From the NCBI RefSeq assembly GCF_009914755.1, contig NC_060941.1: 64,000 bases of DNA. One strand, written 5' to 3'. The notes under the pieces are model-generated. The model saw only the letters and a program-made list of their open reading frames with translations, did no database searches and was not told the DNA's origin. How positions within the stretch are numbered: the first letter of the stretch is position 1; every line of letters starts with the position of its first letter. The stretch comes from the human T2T-CHM13v2.0 reference genome, Homo sapiens. Shown piece by piece: positions 35,951 through 52,068 of this stretch. The position numbers were made by a program, and so were the translations under genes.

Positions 35951-36221
35951 GGTCTGTATCATTTATTTATTTATATATTTGTTTATTTATTTATTTATTA
36001 AGACGGCCTCCCAAAGTGCTGGGATTACAGGTGTGAGCCACCGTGCCCAGCCGTGGTCTGTATCTTTTTTTTTTTTTTTTAGACAGAGTCTCACTCTTCT
36101 CGCCCAGGCTGGAGTGCAATCTCGGCTCACTGCAACCTCCGCCTCCCGGGTTCAAGAGATTCTCCTGCCCCAGCCTCCCGAGTAACTGGGATTAGAGGTG
36201 CCCGCCACCACACCTGGCTAA

Positions 36222-36389
<168 letters not shown>

Positions 36390-36568
36390 TGATAAGTATT
36401 ATTTTTAAGACAATTTAAAGAATCAGGCAGTCTGCATTTGCAAGATCAGACAGGTCAGAGCTAGGGTCACTAATTCTCTGGGAAAATCAATGGGAGATGA
36501 TGGGAGAAATGCTTTGCTTTAAGATCTGTACACATCAATAACAGTGTCCCTGATTCTACACTTCTCTT

Positions 36569-37029
36569 TGAGGTAGGAGGCAGGACTCAGCTCACGTCTG
36601 GAGGTGGAGCTCAGACACGGGGCCTAATTGAGGACTAGCTAAAACAGGGACAGGGCGAAAACACCTCCCCATAAGACATGCCCACTAGCATGCCATGTCA
36701 GTTTACTGATGCCATGGCAACACCTGGAAGTTACCGCCCCTTCCCATGGCAATGACCGGATACCCCTTTTCTAGAAATGTCTACAGAATCTGCCCCTTAT
36801 TTTGCATATAATTAAGAGTGGGTATAACTATGACTGCAGCCCTGCCTCTGAGCTGCTACTCTGGACACACTGCCTATGGAGAAGTCCTGCTCTGCAAAAA
36901 GTAGTACCTTTGCTGCTGCTGGACACTGCCACTTCAATAAAAGTTGCTGTCTAACACCACCAGCTCACCCTTGAATTCTTTCCTGGGCAAAGCCGAGAAC
37001 CCTTCTGGGCTGAGCCTCCACCAACTTCA
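36569..37029 (+). mobile_element. ERV1 MER4-group solo LTR (MER50-like)
   Basis: TG...CA ends; TGAGGTAGGAGGCAGGACTC start; GAGGACTAGCTAAAACAGGG; TATA-like GGGTATAA; AATAAAAG; CTTGAATTCTTTCCTGGGC. Confidence 0.7.
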
Positions 37030-37483
37030 TGGAGTCCTGTGGCAAACGTTTGAGCCTTCTCTGGCTTCCTTCCAACCACTTCCTTTCCCTGTTTCTTCCC
37101 CATTTCATGGCCTCATCATTTAATTTTTGGCCTGAGCCAAACAATAAGGAACAGAAATCTGGAGGAAGAAAAAGAAGAAACAAAAACTCAATGTACAGCA
37201 CTTCAATACCCATGGCCCAATGACCTGTTATTTGGACTAAGTTATATTAACCTCTTTAAGAAAGACCTGAATCGAATTCACCTTTGAATCCCCTGAAGCA
37301 TGTAGCCTAGGACTGCACACAGTAGGTACTCAATAATACCTGTTGGATGAGTGAATGGAGCAACTGTGTACACAGCACTTGTCCTTTTTCAAGTCTGTTC
37401 TTTGATAAAAGCACCCACAAGATAGAAGGTCAAGCCTCCCCAAGTACTTAGCCTAACAGATTTAACGTTGCCCCTCCTCATGA

Positions 37484-37868
<385 letters not shown>

Positions 37869-38223
37869 TAACAACTGGGTAAGCTGCCCAAACTGACCTT
37901 AGGCTACCAAAGGCTGTGTATGTAGCGCCCTGAGAGCCTTCTTGGTTTAAGAAGGAGTTAAAACAGAACTGGGTGGTGGGTCTCCCACCTGGCAGAGAGA
38001 TGGGTAGCACTAGTTTGGCTGGTGGCTGGTGCAGAACAGTTGGTATATTTACAGCCACAGATGCCCAAGGGGTTCTGTATCAGGAAGTCGTCTGCAGAGA
38101 GTCACTTCAACCTGTTTACTTGTCTTCAGTACTGGCGCTAACATTCTCCTAGTCTTTCCCCGGGATATTTTTCTGAACATCTTGTGCTGGTTGACACAGG
38201 CTGGCACGGCTAGTAACAGGCAG

Positions 38224-38244
38224 GTTGCTGCCATCTGGTGGAGA
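38224..38244 (-). promoter_or_regulatory. Strong CTCF motif
   Basis: Minus strand CCACCAGATGGCAGC (38227-38241) matches the CTCF core consensus, in non-repeat DNA. Confidence 0.6.
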
Positions 38245-38366
38245 AGAGGGGCCACGGCCTTGCCTGGCTCAGTCTGAGACTGAAGAGATGAAAAGAATTT
38301 TTGAGGAACGCTTCTAGGAGAGTGGATTTCAAACTTCCACAGCCATGGAACCCTTACTTCTTTTAA

Positions 38367-38756
<390 letters not shown>

Positions 38757-39019
38757 TAACTCCTGATCTCAGGTGATCCACCCGCCTCGGCCTCCCAAAG
38801 TGCTTGGATTACAGGTGTGAGCCACCACGCCCAGCAGAACCCTTCCTTCTAACAACAGCAGTGCCTAAGGCCCTTGTGTAAAACTGATAAATGCATCATG
38901 GCTCTGGCTGAAAGCATCTTCACATCAATCACCTCATATACTCTTCAATAACACTACAATGTGAATATTCGTATCTTTAGTTTCTTGAGGAAAAAAATAA
39001 GGCTGTTTGAAGTATTTAA

Positions 39020-39259
<240 letters not shown>

Positions 39260-39853
39260 TAAATTTTTTGTAGAGTCAGGGTCTCGCTATGTGGCCCAGG
39301 CTGGTCTTGAACTTGTGGGCTCAAGTGATCCACCTGCCTCACCTTCCCAAACTGCTGATATTACAGGCATGAGCCAACAAGCCCGGCTTTTTGTTTGTTT
39401 GTTTGTTTTGACAGGATTTAATACTATTGCCTAGGCTAGAGTGCAGTGTTGCTCACTGCAGATGCGAATTCCCGTGCTCAAGCAATCCTCCCAACTCAAT
39501 CTTCCAAGTAGCTGAAACTACAGGTATGCATGACCACACCTGGCTAATTTTTTATTTTTTGATTTTTTTGTAGAGATGAGGTCTTGCTGTGCTGCCCAGG
39601 CTGGTCTCAAACTCTTGGCTTCAAATGATCCTCCTGCTTTGGCCTCCTAAAGTGTTGGGATTACAGGCATGAGCCATCGCGCCTGGCCCAAACCCACATC
39701 TTTCTAGTTCTAGAACCTGCACTAGTTCCACTAAACTGAGTTGCCTTCTGGAGTGAGAACCCTGGGAAGTCCAGCCCAGCACAGTTTCAGTGTCAGCAAG
39801 CATTGCTGTAGTTCACTGGCATGAAGATGAAGGGCTTTTTTTTTTTTTTTTGA

Positions 39854-39958
<105 letters not shown>

Positions 39959-41364
39959 TGACTAGCTGGTATTACAGGCATGCACCATCACACCCGGCTA
40001 ATTTTTTGTATTTTTAGTAGAAACAGGGTTTCAACATGTTAGCCAGGCTGGTCTTGAACACCTGACCTCAGGTGATTTGCCCGCCTCAGCCTCCCAAAGT
40101 GCTGGGATTACAGGCATGAGCCACCGCGCCCGGCCCATGAAGGGACTTTCAAAAGAGAAGACATTGTCTCTGTCTCCCCACTTTTCCAGTCTAGCTGGGG
40201 ATGAAAGAGTGTGTATGAAGGGAATGGACAGGACACATGCCGCCACCCATCTGCGGATGCAAAGGAAGGATTTATATGCCAAGGTGCCCCAGATATTGGA
40301 GCATTTGAAGCTGAGAGATGGGATAGGAAAAGCACTAGATGGAGAGTTTGGGGACCTACATCCCAACCCTGGCTTTGCTACTCATACCCTGTGGGACATT
40401 GTGCAAACCTCCTTACCCTCCTCACCCAAAGGAAGGGGTGTTCCTGAGGATCTGAAAGCCTCCTCTTCAATTCTGTGCTGTTGTGGTTTCAATGGGGGTG
40501 GAGCTAGACAGGAGAGGAATCCTAAAGAAAGTAAGCTTTGAAGAGAACCTTGAGCAGGGGAAAGGTAGGACATGGAAGAGGGAAGTGGCACTGCACATAA
40601 GAGCTTGGCAGAGGCAACAAAGGAAAGAAGCTCATTCTTGAATGCTTCTTAAAGATTAGCTCTGGCACAGTTCACAGTAAAGAGCACCCGTAGGTTCTTT
40701 TGGAGTTTCTAGTTGTCCAGGACAAATATGGGCTTAGTCAAGACACTCCTCCACCCAGAGGCTAAAGCTCCCAGAGGCCCCAGTGTCTGGGATTCATTGC
40801 TACACTGGGCTCCCTTCCTCGGCCGTGGCCTCTCCTTGCTTTGGAAAGACAGTCCAGCAGCAAACACTCCCTGGAGACCAAAGGAGTGGAAAAGAAGTGG
40901 TTTTCAACCTCAGACCACCAGGAGACCTTCCTTATTAATTCCTACCTGCTTGCTACCCTCGTTCTCATCTACTGCCATTTCAGAAACATGTGTAAGCCAC
41001 AGAGAACAGCAGGTGTTATAAATCTGTGTGCCAGGGCCCCAATGTGACTTTGCTTCTCAGATCACCATAGCCTTGGACACAATCAAAGACTGGTGACAAT
41101 TACATTGCTATCTGACTTAAATCCCTCAGCCCCTCCTGTTGCCTGAGACTTCCAAATTCTGGGGTTCTTCCTTCTCTTCTCCAAGGCTATCAAATCCCCT
41201 AAGTTAGGGGTCAGCAAGCTTTTTTTTTTTTTTTGAGACAGAGTCTCGCTCTGTAGCCCAGGCTGGAGAGCAGTGGCATGATCTTGGCTCACTGAAACCT
41301 CTGCTTCTTGCTTCAGCCTCCCAAGTAGCTGGGATTACTGGCACCTGCCACCATGTCCAACTAA

Positions 41365-42640
<1,276 letters not shown>

Positions 42641-43399
42641 CAGTGTTTGCACCTCTTTCAGCCAAACTTAGATGGTCCAAGCCTTTCAATGATCATAGCT
42701 TTTCTGGCTAATCCAAGTGGGTTGTCCCAGTCTCCAAGGATGGCAACAGCTTTAAGTTCCCTAAAAGTAGCCTTACCCTTTCAGCTTTATTTTCTCTTCT
42801 GAAGTGGCTTGATTAGCGGGTGCTAGAGAGCCACCCCTCCTTCCCATGCCCCTAGCTATAAACTGGTTTCCCCAGTACATTTCCACCCATTCTCTCTCTC
42901 GACTATGTGCACCTGGGCCTTACCGAGTCACCTTAGTCCCTACTGGCTGGGGCAGGCCTCATCACTCCATTTTGTTAAATTCTCTACCCTGGTGTTGCCA
43001 GAACTCTGGAGCCAATGCCTCTTTTATTAAGGGAGATTTTATATACAAGGAAAGCTTGGAAGAGGTCAGCCAGAGGTGAATTCCTGGAGCAGGGGGATTT
43101 TAAGCTGAGCTTCACAGGCACAGGGTCAGGAATTAGAGGAGGGAAGAGAGAAGCGTGGTGTTCCAGACAGAAGCAGGAGAGAGTGGGCTGTGAGTAGGTG
43201 ACAGGGAGGGGACAGTCCGCAAGTGGACACCCACAGGAAGTGAGATAGATATTATTCTGAGGAATTGGTCTTGGGAAGGGAGGTGGCATTGGTGGTTGGG
43301 TTGGCTAGTTAGACCCAGAAAACCCTGATTCAGAGCAGCTGGAGATAACTTGACCTATGGCATGAGAGGAGAACTCAAGAGTCTCAACTTCCAGCTCTG

Positions 43400-44011
<612 letters not shown>

Positions 44012-46604
44012 TAGTAGAGATGGGGTTTCATCATGTTGCCCAGGATGGTCTTGAACTCCCGACCTCAGGTGATCCACCTGCCTCGGCCTCCCAAAGTGCT
44101 GGGATTACAGGCGTGAGCCACCGTGCCTGGCCCGCTTGCATTTTCAAACAGCACTCCCCACCCTGTGAGAACCACTAGGTAGGTTTGTGAGGTAAGCAGT
44201 AAAATAGTGTTAGGCTAGAAAGGGGTAGCCAGTACACGGAGAACCTTGAATGTCAGGACAAGACATTGCACTAAATTGAAGGTTCTTCATTGTGGAGGGG
44301 ATGAGATCTGCTTTAGAAAAATGAAGTTTGGGCCAGGGGTGTTGGCTCACGCCTATAATCCCAGCACTTTGGGAGGCTGAGGTGGGTAGATTACTTGAGG
44401 CCAGGAGTTCAAGACCAGTCTGGCCAACATGGTGAAACCCCATCTCTATTAAAAATTCAAAAATTAGCTGGGTGTGGTAGCGCATGCCTGTAATCTAGCT
44501 ACTCAGGAGGCTGAGGCAGGAGAATCACTTCAACCTGAGAGGCAGAGGCTGCAGTGAGCCGAGATTGTGCCACTATATTCCAGCCTGGGTGACAGAGCGA
44601 GACTTTGTCAAAAAAAAAGAAAAGAAAAGAAAAGAAAAATGAAGTTTGGAGCACTGTACAGAATGAATGGAAGATCTATGAGAGGCAGACCAATCAGTTG
44701 CAGCTTCCTGCGTCCTTCTCACCCAGGTAATTTTCAATCTGGGTGGGCTGCTTTGGCACAATTATTGGTGGATTGCAGAGGTCAAGGGGAGGACCTAACT
44801 GCACATCCTGGGGCTGATGGCTGGAATGTAACTAGATTATTTGCTAAGGCGGGATTTGACTAATATTCCACTGTCTTTCCTGTATTTCAAATAAACCCAT
44901 GAGATTAACACAACGCTCCTCCTCCCCATCAGTCCACACTGGCGGAAGTTGTGTAAAACTAGCAGAAGTCAGGAAAATGGCAACCCTTTGAGGGTTTTTC
45001 TCTCCTCTCCCTGCCCAGGGTGCACTGCCTTCTTCGCCCTTCATAGCCTGAACAAGGGAACTATTCAGCCCGACCAAAGGGGAGAGGGAGGAAGACACTT
45101 CCTGCTCTCCCTTCCCTGGCCAGGACAGGACATGGTTTTTGATCCAAGGCCCAGAGAATCCCGAGCTGATAAAGGCCCATTGTGGCAGTTTCTGGAGAAA
45201 CCCAGAGGCCATCAGGGGCTAAGAAGCTGGTTAACAGCCCTTGAACATTTGTGAAAAGAATTACTTGGCGGAAGTCAAGGCAAAATGAGGCCCCTGGGCT
45301 GCCACTGGGATATGCCTTTGCCATCCCTGGCAGGGAGGCTAATGGCAAAGCCAGCAGGAAACCTGGCCCTCCTGCCACTGAAAGGGCTGACCTGAAGGCA
45401 CTAGCAACCTCAAAGCAGTGCAAGGCAGCTTTGCAGCTCAGGGCTCCCCTACAGACACCTGGAGGATGAAACCCAATCTCCCGCCAAATGCAGGAAACAC
45501 AACTGCTCTTTTAAAAAGAGCCTGGGAAAGAGAGAGGAGCCTCCTGTCCTCCCACCCCCAAAAGGGTGTCCAAAGCAATAAACAGCAGGAAAAGGAGGAA
45601 GGGCGCAGAGTGGAAGCTGGTCTGGAACTTATTTAGGAATTAGGCTCTTTCTGCTCCAATCTTTAATGCGCTTTGAGTTCAGGCACCTCATCATTCGAAA
45701 GCCTATTCTTACAGCAAAAGAGCCAAAGTGGGAAGAGATATCCTGAGGCCTGAGATAAATGATGCTGGGGAGGCGGCAGGGAGATGGGCTGGATGCGGGG
45801 AGGCTCACGGGAGGGAGGTTTGAGGTGCAGCTGAGGGTCAGGAGCCCACCACACACTGTGGTCTGCTCCCGGGATGGCTGCTGGGAGGCCCTGGGAGGGG
45901 TGCAGGATGCAGGGATTGGGAGAACTCAATCCCTGGCTCCATCCCAAATCTGTGCATCGGGTCTCCCTCTTCCCCAGCTGACAGGTGGTGGCCCGATCAC
46001 TCTGGGGGAGGAAATGTGGAATCCAGGTCAGAGAGCAGCCTGTGGAGTCTTCTTAAAGACCCCTCTCTGTGGCCAGGTGGTGAGCCTGGGGATTAAATGA
46101 AGAGCAGATTTAAAGCACAGTCAGTGCTGTCCACTCACTGCATGCTGTTTCCACTCTGTTCCTAGAAGGATTTGGGGTGGGTGATTGACACAGTTCATTT
46201 CTCAACCTGCGGTGGGCTTTCCCTCCCCATCATCCAAAATGCACAAACTCAGCTCCCCTCAAATGCCAAGGCATTTCCAATTTCCCTATTGTCAAAGCAA
46301 AGCAGAATAAGCAATACAAACCCACTGGCTGGGCGCAGTGGCTCACGCCTGTAATCCCAGCACTTTGGGAGGCCAAGGCTGGATCACTTGAGCCCAGGAG
46401 TTCAAAATCAGCCTGGGTAACATGGTGAGACCTGGTCTCTTATAAAAAATACAAAATTAGCCAAGCATAGTGGCACACACATGTAGTCCCAGATACTCAG
46501 GAAGCTAGGGCAGGAGGATCACTTGAGCCCAGGAGGTCAAGGCTGCAGTGAGCCATGTTCATGCCACTGCACTCTAGCCTGGGCAACAAAGTGTGACCCT
46601 GCCT

Positions 46605-46637
<33 letters not shown>

Positions 46638-47082
46638 AAAGAAAAAAAGAAAGAAAGGAAAAGAAAACAAGAGAAAAAAAAAAACCTACTGCAGAGTGCC
46701 CCAAGCCATCTAACTGAGGGCTACCGGACACATTATTTACGTCAACCACTTCCCTAGCATTGGGGGAAGGTGTTGCTGGCAGTTGGCGGGCAGGCCTGTA
46801 ACTCCCAGTGAGTAGTGGCACCAAAACACACAGAACAAGTTAACTGCCCTCCACCTACCTTCACTGCCTATCCCATGACAAACCTCACCTGCTACCACAG
46901 AGATTCCCTTCGGGTTGGGGATGGATCTGGAACACAACACAAAGTGTTTTCTGAAAACAAAGCATTTTCTGCCTTACTGGAGACTCTGTCCCAGCTGGCA
47001 ATGCAAACATGTACACACAAAAACTGCTAGAACACTCTGTTCCGATCCCACGGCTCCCACAAACAAAAAACCAACCCATGGC

Positions 47083-48022
47083 TGAGCCGGAAGGTCTGGG
47101 TGTCATTTATTGACAGCAGTTTATACACATTTGTTTCCTTCCCAGTGCAGGCATAGAGCCCGTGAGAAGGGCAGTCTCTGAACGAGGGGGCCAGGAACGT
47201 AGGTCGGACACGTCTTTGGCAGGCATGTTCAGCCCCAGCAGGATGCAATCCTTCAAGTTGGAATTCCACTGGGTATCTGAGAGGGACCAAGGTGGGGGGT
47301 AGAGAGGAAGTCTTCAACAGGACTCACATCTCGGTCCAGGCCTCCTCTCTCACTATACAAGTCCATCCAAGTTTTAGGACCCTGGGGGGCAACAGTCAGG
47401 CCCACCCACCTCAACAGGGGCAGATTCTTCAATCTGTGCCCAGTTCACACACACCTGTTTCCGCTGGTCACACAGTTAAAGAGAATCAGACTTATGGTAA
47501 CAGACAGACCACTTCCTCTCTGCCCCTCCCCGGCACCTCTCTTCAGCAGCATCTGCACAGGAACCGCTGGGAAGACGGAGGCCTGCCTTCTCAGTTCAGC
47601 CGCACATGCCCTCATCCGCAAACCTTCCATCAGTGACAGGACGGAGGCCACACGTGGATCTAGGCAGACACCTGTGCTCCCCAGTCCATCACATACTGCC
47701 CCGCCTGCGTGCTGCCAAATGCTGGTGCCCAGGCCGGAACTCCAGCAGGCCCCGAATTGGGACCTAAAGCTGGTTTGCATAGGCACTTGGCAATTTTTGG
47801 TAGGGAGGTGGATAAAAAAGTAGATGGATGTGAGAAGAATGAAAGAGTTTCATTTGATAGACTAATTAGAGATCTGAAGTGATTTTACCTTTATTTCCTT
47901 CACTTTAAGCCAATCATGAAATTTCACAGTGATTTCTGGGGTGGGAGCAGAAGGAAGGCTGTGTTAAGAATCATCGGGGCTGTGGCCCAGTCAGCCCGCG
48001 GAGGTGCAGGCAGGGTGGGCCC
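47083..48022 (-). other. PHB1: PHB1 3' UTR with proximal (47890-47895) and distal (47106-47111) AATAAA signals
   Basis: Two TTTATT on the + strand, consistent with the known short and long PHB1 mRNAs. Confidence 0.9.
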
Positions 48023-48235
48023 TCACTGGGGCAGCTGGAGGAGCACGGACTGCCCCGCTGGCAGGTAGGTGATGTTCCGAGAGCGTGAGAGCTGGTACGC
48101 GATGTCCTCTGCAGCTTCCAGCTTGCGCAGCTCGATCAGGCCATCCCCTGCAGTGGCCAGTGAGTTGGCAATCAGCTCAGCTGCCTTGGAGTCGCCCTCA
48201 GCAGAGATGATGGCCGCCTTTTTCTGTTGCTCAGC
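48023..48235 (-). CDS. PHB1: Prohibitin 1 exon 7 coding part (213 nt)
   Basis: [70 protein letters not shown]; acceptor TTTAG|GCT. Confidence 0.99.
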
Positions 48236-48721
48236 CTAAAAGAATGGAGGTGGAGACAAAGATCAAACCTCAGGGCACCGCATGTCAGGCTACAACCAAA
48301 GGCCCTTCACCAGAAAGCCACCTTCCCAGGCTCCTGAAGGAACTCGGGGAGTTTACTTCCTCCTGATGGCTAGCGGGGGAAGCGGGGGGAAGCAGAGCAC
48401 ATTGCCCACCAGTCCTCCCCTATCCTTTCATGCTCACTCCTTGTCACGGGAGGGATACATCTCTGTTGGCTGCAGGAATATTTGTCTTATTTCAAAGTCC
48501 TCATTAATATTAATTGCAATCTAGTTTAACAACCCTACTCTGAGCCAGGAGAAGCCAAGGCCAAGGAAAACAGAAGCAAAAGAAAGGTGGAATCAATCCT
48601 CAAGGCTCATCTTTTCCTCCAACCTTAAGTCTAAAGGACTTCATCAAAGCCAGGACAGGGCCGGGTGTGGTGGCTCATGCCTGTAATCCTGGCACTTTGG
48701 GAGGCGGAGGCAGGAGGATCA

Positions 48722-48889
<168 letters not shown>

Positions 48890-49785
48890 TTAGGCTGGTT
48901 CCTGACCAGAATCCAGGCACCCAGAGTGAGATCTCCTAGGCTTGCCCTACCAATATCAATAGGAAGACAGCTCTCTGCAACGTGTGACCTTCAGGAGTGT
49001 GAGGAAGAAGACAGTATTAAGCCTCCCTGAAATTACATACAATTTTGAAATGACTGGGCCCTGCGTCTATTTGCTCAACAAACATTTACTGTATACCTAC
49101 TATCACCAGGCACTGTACTAGACTTATTATAATCTCTGAAGTTATGGCAGATACAAAGCAACACAAGTCTCTGCCCACACAGTGTTTTCATTCTCCAAAA
49201 TTAAATCTATCCCTCTTTTCCCATTTTATTTCTTGCTGTCCCCATCTCCCCACCAATTAGGGATACTGGTGGTGGGAAGAAGGGGACAACAATAAATGAA
49301 CATGTCTTTGCAAATACCAGAAAGACCAGGCTGCTACGCAAATACACTGTGTCCCATCACATTCTTTGACACATCTGGATGGATTTAGCACTAGAAAAAA
49401 ATCTAGTGACGAAAGCACATCTGGTGCAACGTTTGATCTTTTTTGCTGTCAGCTTTCACTATGTAACTATGGTTAAAAATGACTTCTCAGTGAAGCTGAA
49501 AATACTCCAGGAGAAACATTTTTATTTGTAAGAGAGTGTTTTTGATCTCAGAGAAGTGGAAGAAAAATTACCCTTCAGTGATTTAGGAACATAACTCCAC
49601 ATATCCTTGACTAGCCCCTGAAGACTCTGGAACCAATTGCAGAAGTACAATTCCTTCAAGCCCCTTCCGATTATCCCGGAAGAAGGGATGACAGATGATG
49701 AATTTCCAGGCCACCCAGCAAATGGGGAAGCTGAGTGCCGGAGAAAGGGGAGAGAGAGGCTCCTGCCATCTGGTCGAAGGCTCAC

Positions 49786-49881
49786 CTTTTCCACCACAAA
49801 TCTGGCCCTCTCTGCTTCCTGCTGAGCCACCTGTTTGGCTTCCACCGCTTCTGTGAACTCCTTCCCGAAGGTCAGATGTGT
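49786..49881 (-). CDS. PHB1: Prohibitin 1 exon 6 (96 nt)
   Basis: [32 protein letters not shown]; TAG|ACA ... AAG|GTGAGC. Confidence 0.99.
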
Positions 49882-52068
49882 CTAAGGGGAGACAGTGAGC
49901 ACAAGATGAGGCAGTGTGATTGCTTCGACAGCACTGCTGGGAGGGCTCCATGGCCGCTGGAAGAAGAGGCCAGCAATGGCTCTAGCAGCTGGAGGCATCC
50001 GTGAGGCCAGAACACTCTTCCACCTCCGTATCTGTATCCAAACTGAGTTTACACCCAGACTCTCTGGCTGCCCAAACTGCTCCTGTATATTACTCTGTCA
50101 CTCTCAGTACAGTGACCTCATGTAGCAAATGGCACCGGGGGCTTTTGATGGGGCCCACAGGCACCAGAAGGTATCTACTCAATCGACCACCTCCCCAGAG
50201 GAGGAGAACTGTGGGTTCTAAGACCCCCGCCACTGACTAGTGCTCTTCCAAGGGCCTTTGATGCCTTGTTCAAAGCCCAAGGAAGGCCAGATGGAAAACA
50301 GGGTCCCTGAGAGTGAGGGAGGCAGCTGGTTCCCAGGGATCCAAGAGCCTGATGCTCTCTGTTTATGGATTAACCAGTCCGCGTCTTCCCACAGCAGCTC
50401 CACCACTGAACAGGAAGAGGACGAGGGACGGTGGAACGCAAATCATGGTATTCCCAATGTGAATGGTTCTGTTAAACGGTTTAAAAGAAAGAGAAAGCAG
50501 GTAAAGTCATTGGTCGGCATGAGGGTTTAGAAGTCTGATGATCCATAGACCTTCCCTAATCATGTCAGGTCTGACGGGACTGTCCCTAAAGATAGCACAA
50601 ACAATGGGAAGGGACCTCAGAATTCCTAATGCCCAGCCTAGAGCAATTTACTTATTCATCCTAATTTTTATTGAAAAAGAATCAAGAGAAGAGCATTGGT
50701 TTTGCCATCAAATTCTAGTTGTTTCATTTCCTCCACTCTCCCAACCTCTGCTTTTTAAAAAAGCAGCTCCAAACTTCTCCTGAAGAGTAAATCCTGGTCT
50801 CATTCTCTTCCAGAATTTTTAACCTCCTAACTCTAACTGCAGCTGTTGTACTTCGCCTGATCCATTTCTAGTTTCTTAGTCAAAGTTTGGGTAAGAAAAT
50901 CTGATCCTGAGACATGAAAAATGAAATGTATAATTAAGGAATAAAATTTATTTCTACAAGGGCCAGCTGAGGGCAGCAAATTCCCCATGAAACCTAATTT
51001 TCTTCTCACACCTTAGATAGGGTTTCTTGTGGTCAGCCCACATTTCCCCAGAATGGAGTATGTGGTTAAAGTCTAGTAAAATGCCAACTTTTCCCTTAGG
51101 TTTTTACTCAGCGTTTTCTCACAGCCAAGGTGTTCAGGTTAACGGTAATTACGAGGGAAGGGCCCACAGAATGGCTGCAGCCTGGCCTCTTGCCAGCAGA
51201 GGGAGCCCCAAGCCCCCAGGACTTCCAGCAGGCGGAGCAAGGTGGAGCAGTGCCCAGGGGTTAGCACTGGGTGTTGTCAAGTGGCTGTTTAAACAGCTGC
51301 ACAGATGCCGGGGGAGGCAGTGCCTTTCCCTAGCAATGCACGGGAGAACTGAACAGGAAACACTTTACCTCACTGCCCGAACAAATCACTCCAAATGGTT
51401 TTTCCCAGAGAATCTAGAAACACGACCCCTTCCCCTCACCCTCCTCAACCTGAAACGCTATCCTGCCTGCATTGCTTTCTGAGTTATGACATCCAATGTC
51501 ATATAAACACACAAGCTATAGTGTCTCAAGAGGATAGCTTACGCCTCAGAGATGTCCCTTGCCCCCTATACCAGGCCTGGGGGAATCCAACCGTTCGTTT
51601 ACACTCTATCACCTTTCACTGGGGTTCCCAGAGCTTACTTCACTGAGCTTCGGACTGTAAAGTGTTAGGAAGCTCCCAGGGGTCAGGCTGGGAGGTCTGT
51701 GCTAGGGAGAAGGACTACCCGAGCTGTTCTCTGGTCTCTACCAGGCAGTTTCTGCCTGTGTCAAACAGGGTTAACAAGGCATCACTCTCTGGGTAACAGT
51801 TTGGAGAAGGTAAAACATTTAGTGGTTAGAGACTATCTGGATACAACCAGAGGTCATAAGAAAAATGTGTGTGGCAGGGGGAAGGTAAAAGAACCCTCAA
51901 CTGAAAAACCCACGGAGACTGCCTCACCTCAGCATGTTTCCGTGTTTTCAAGTCTCACATCTAGCAAAGCAGAAGGGAGGACCTAATAGCGTCTACCCAG
52001 AAATGGAGCCAGGCACCTAAACGAGAACTGCAGCCCCTTCCCCTCCTCGGTCTCCCGAAGGATCTTAC

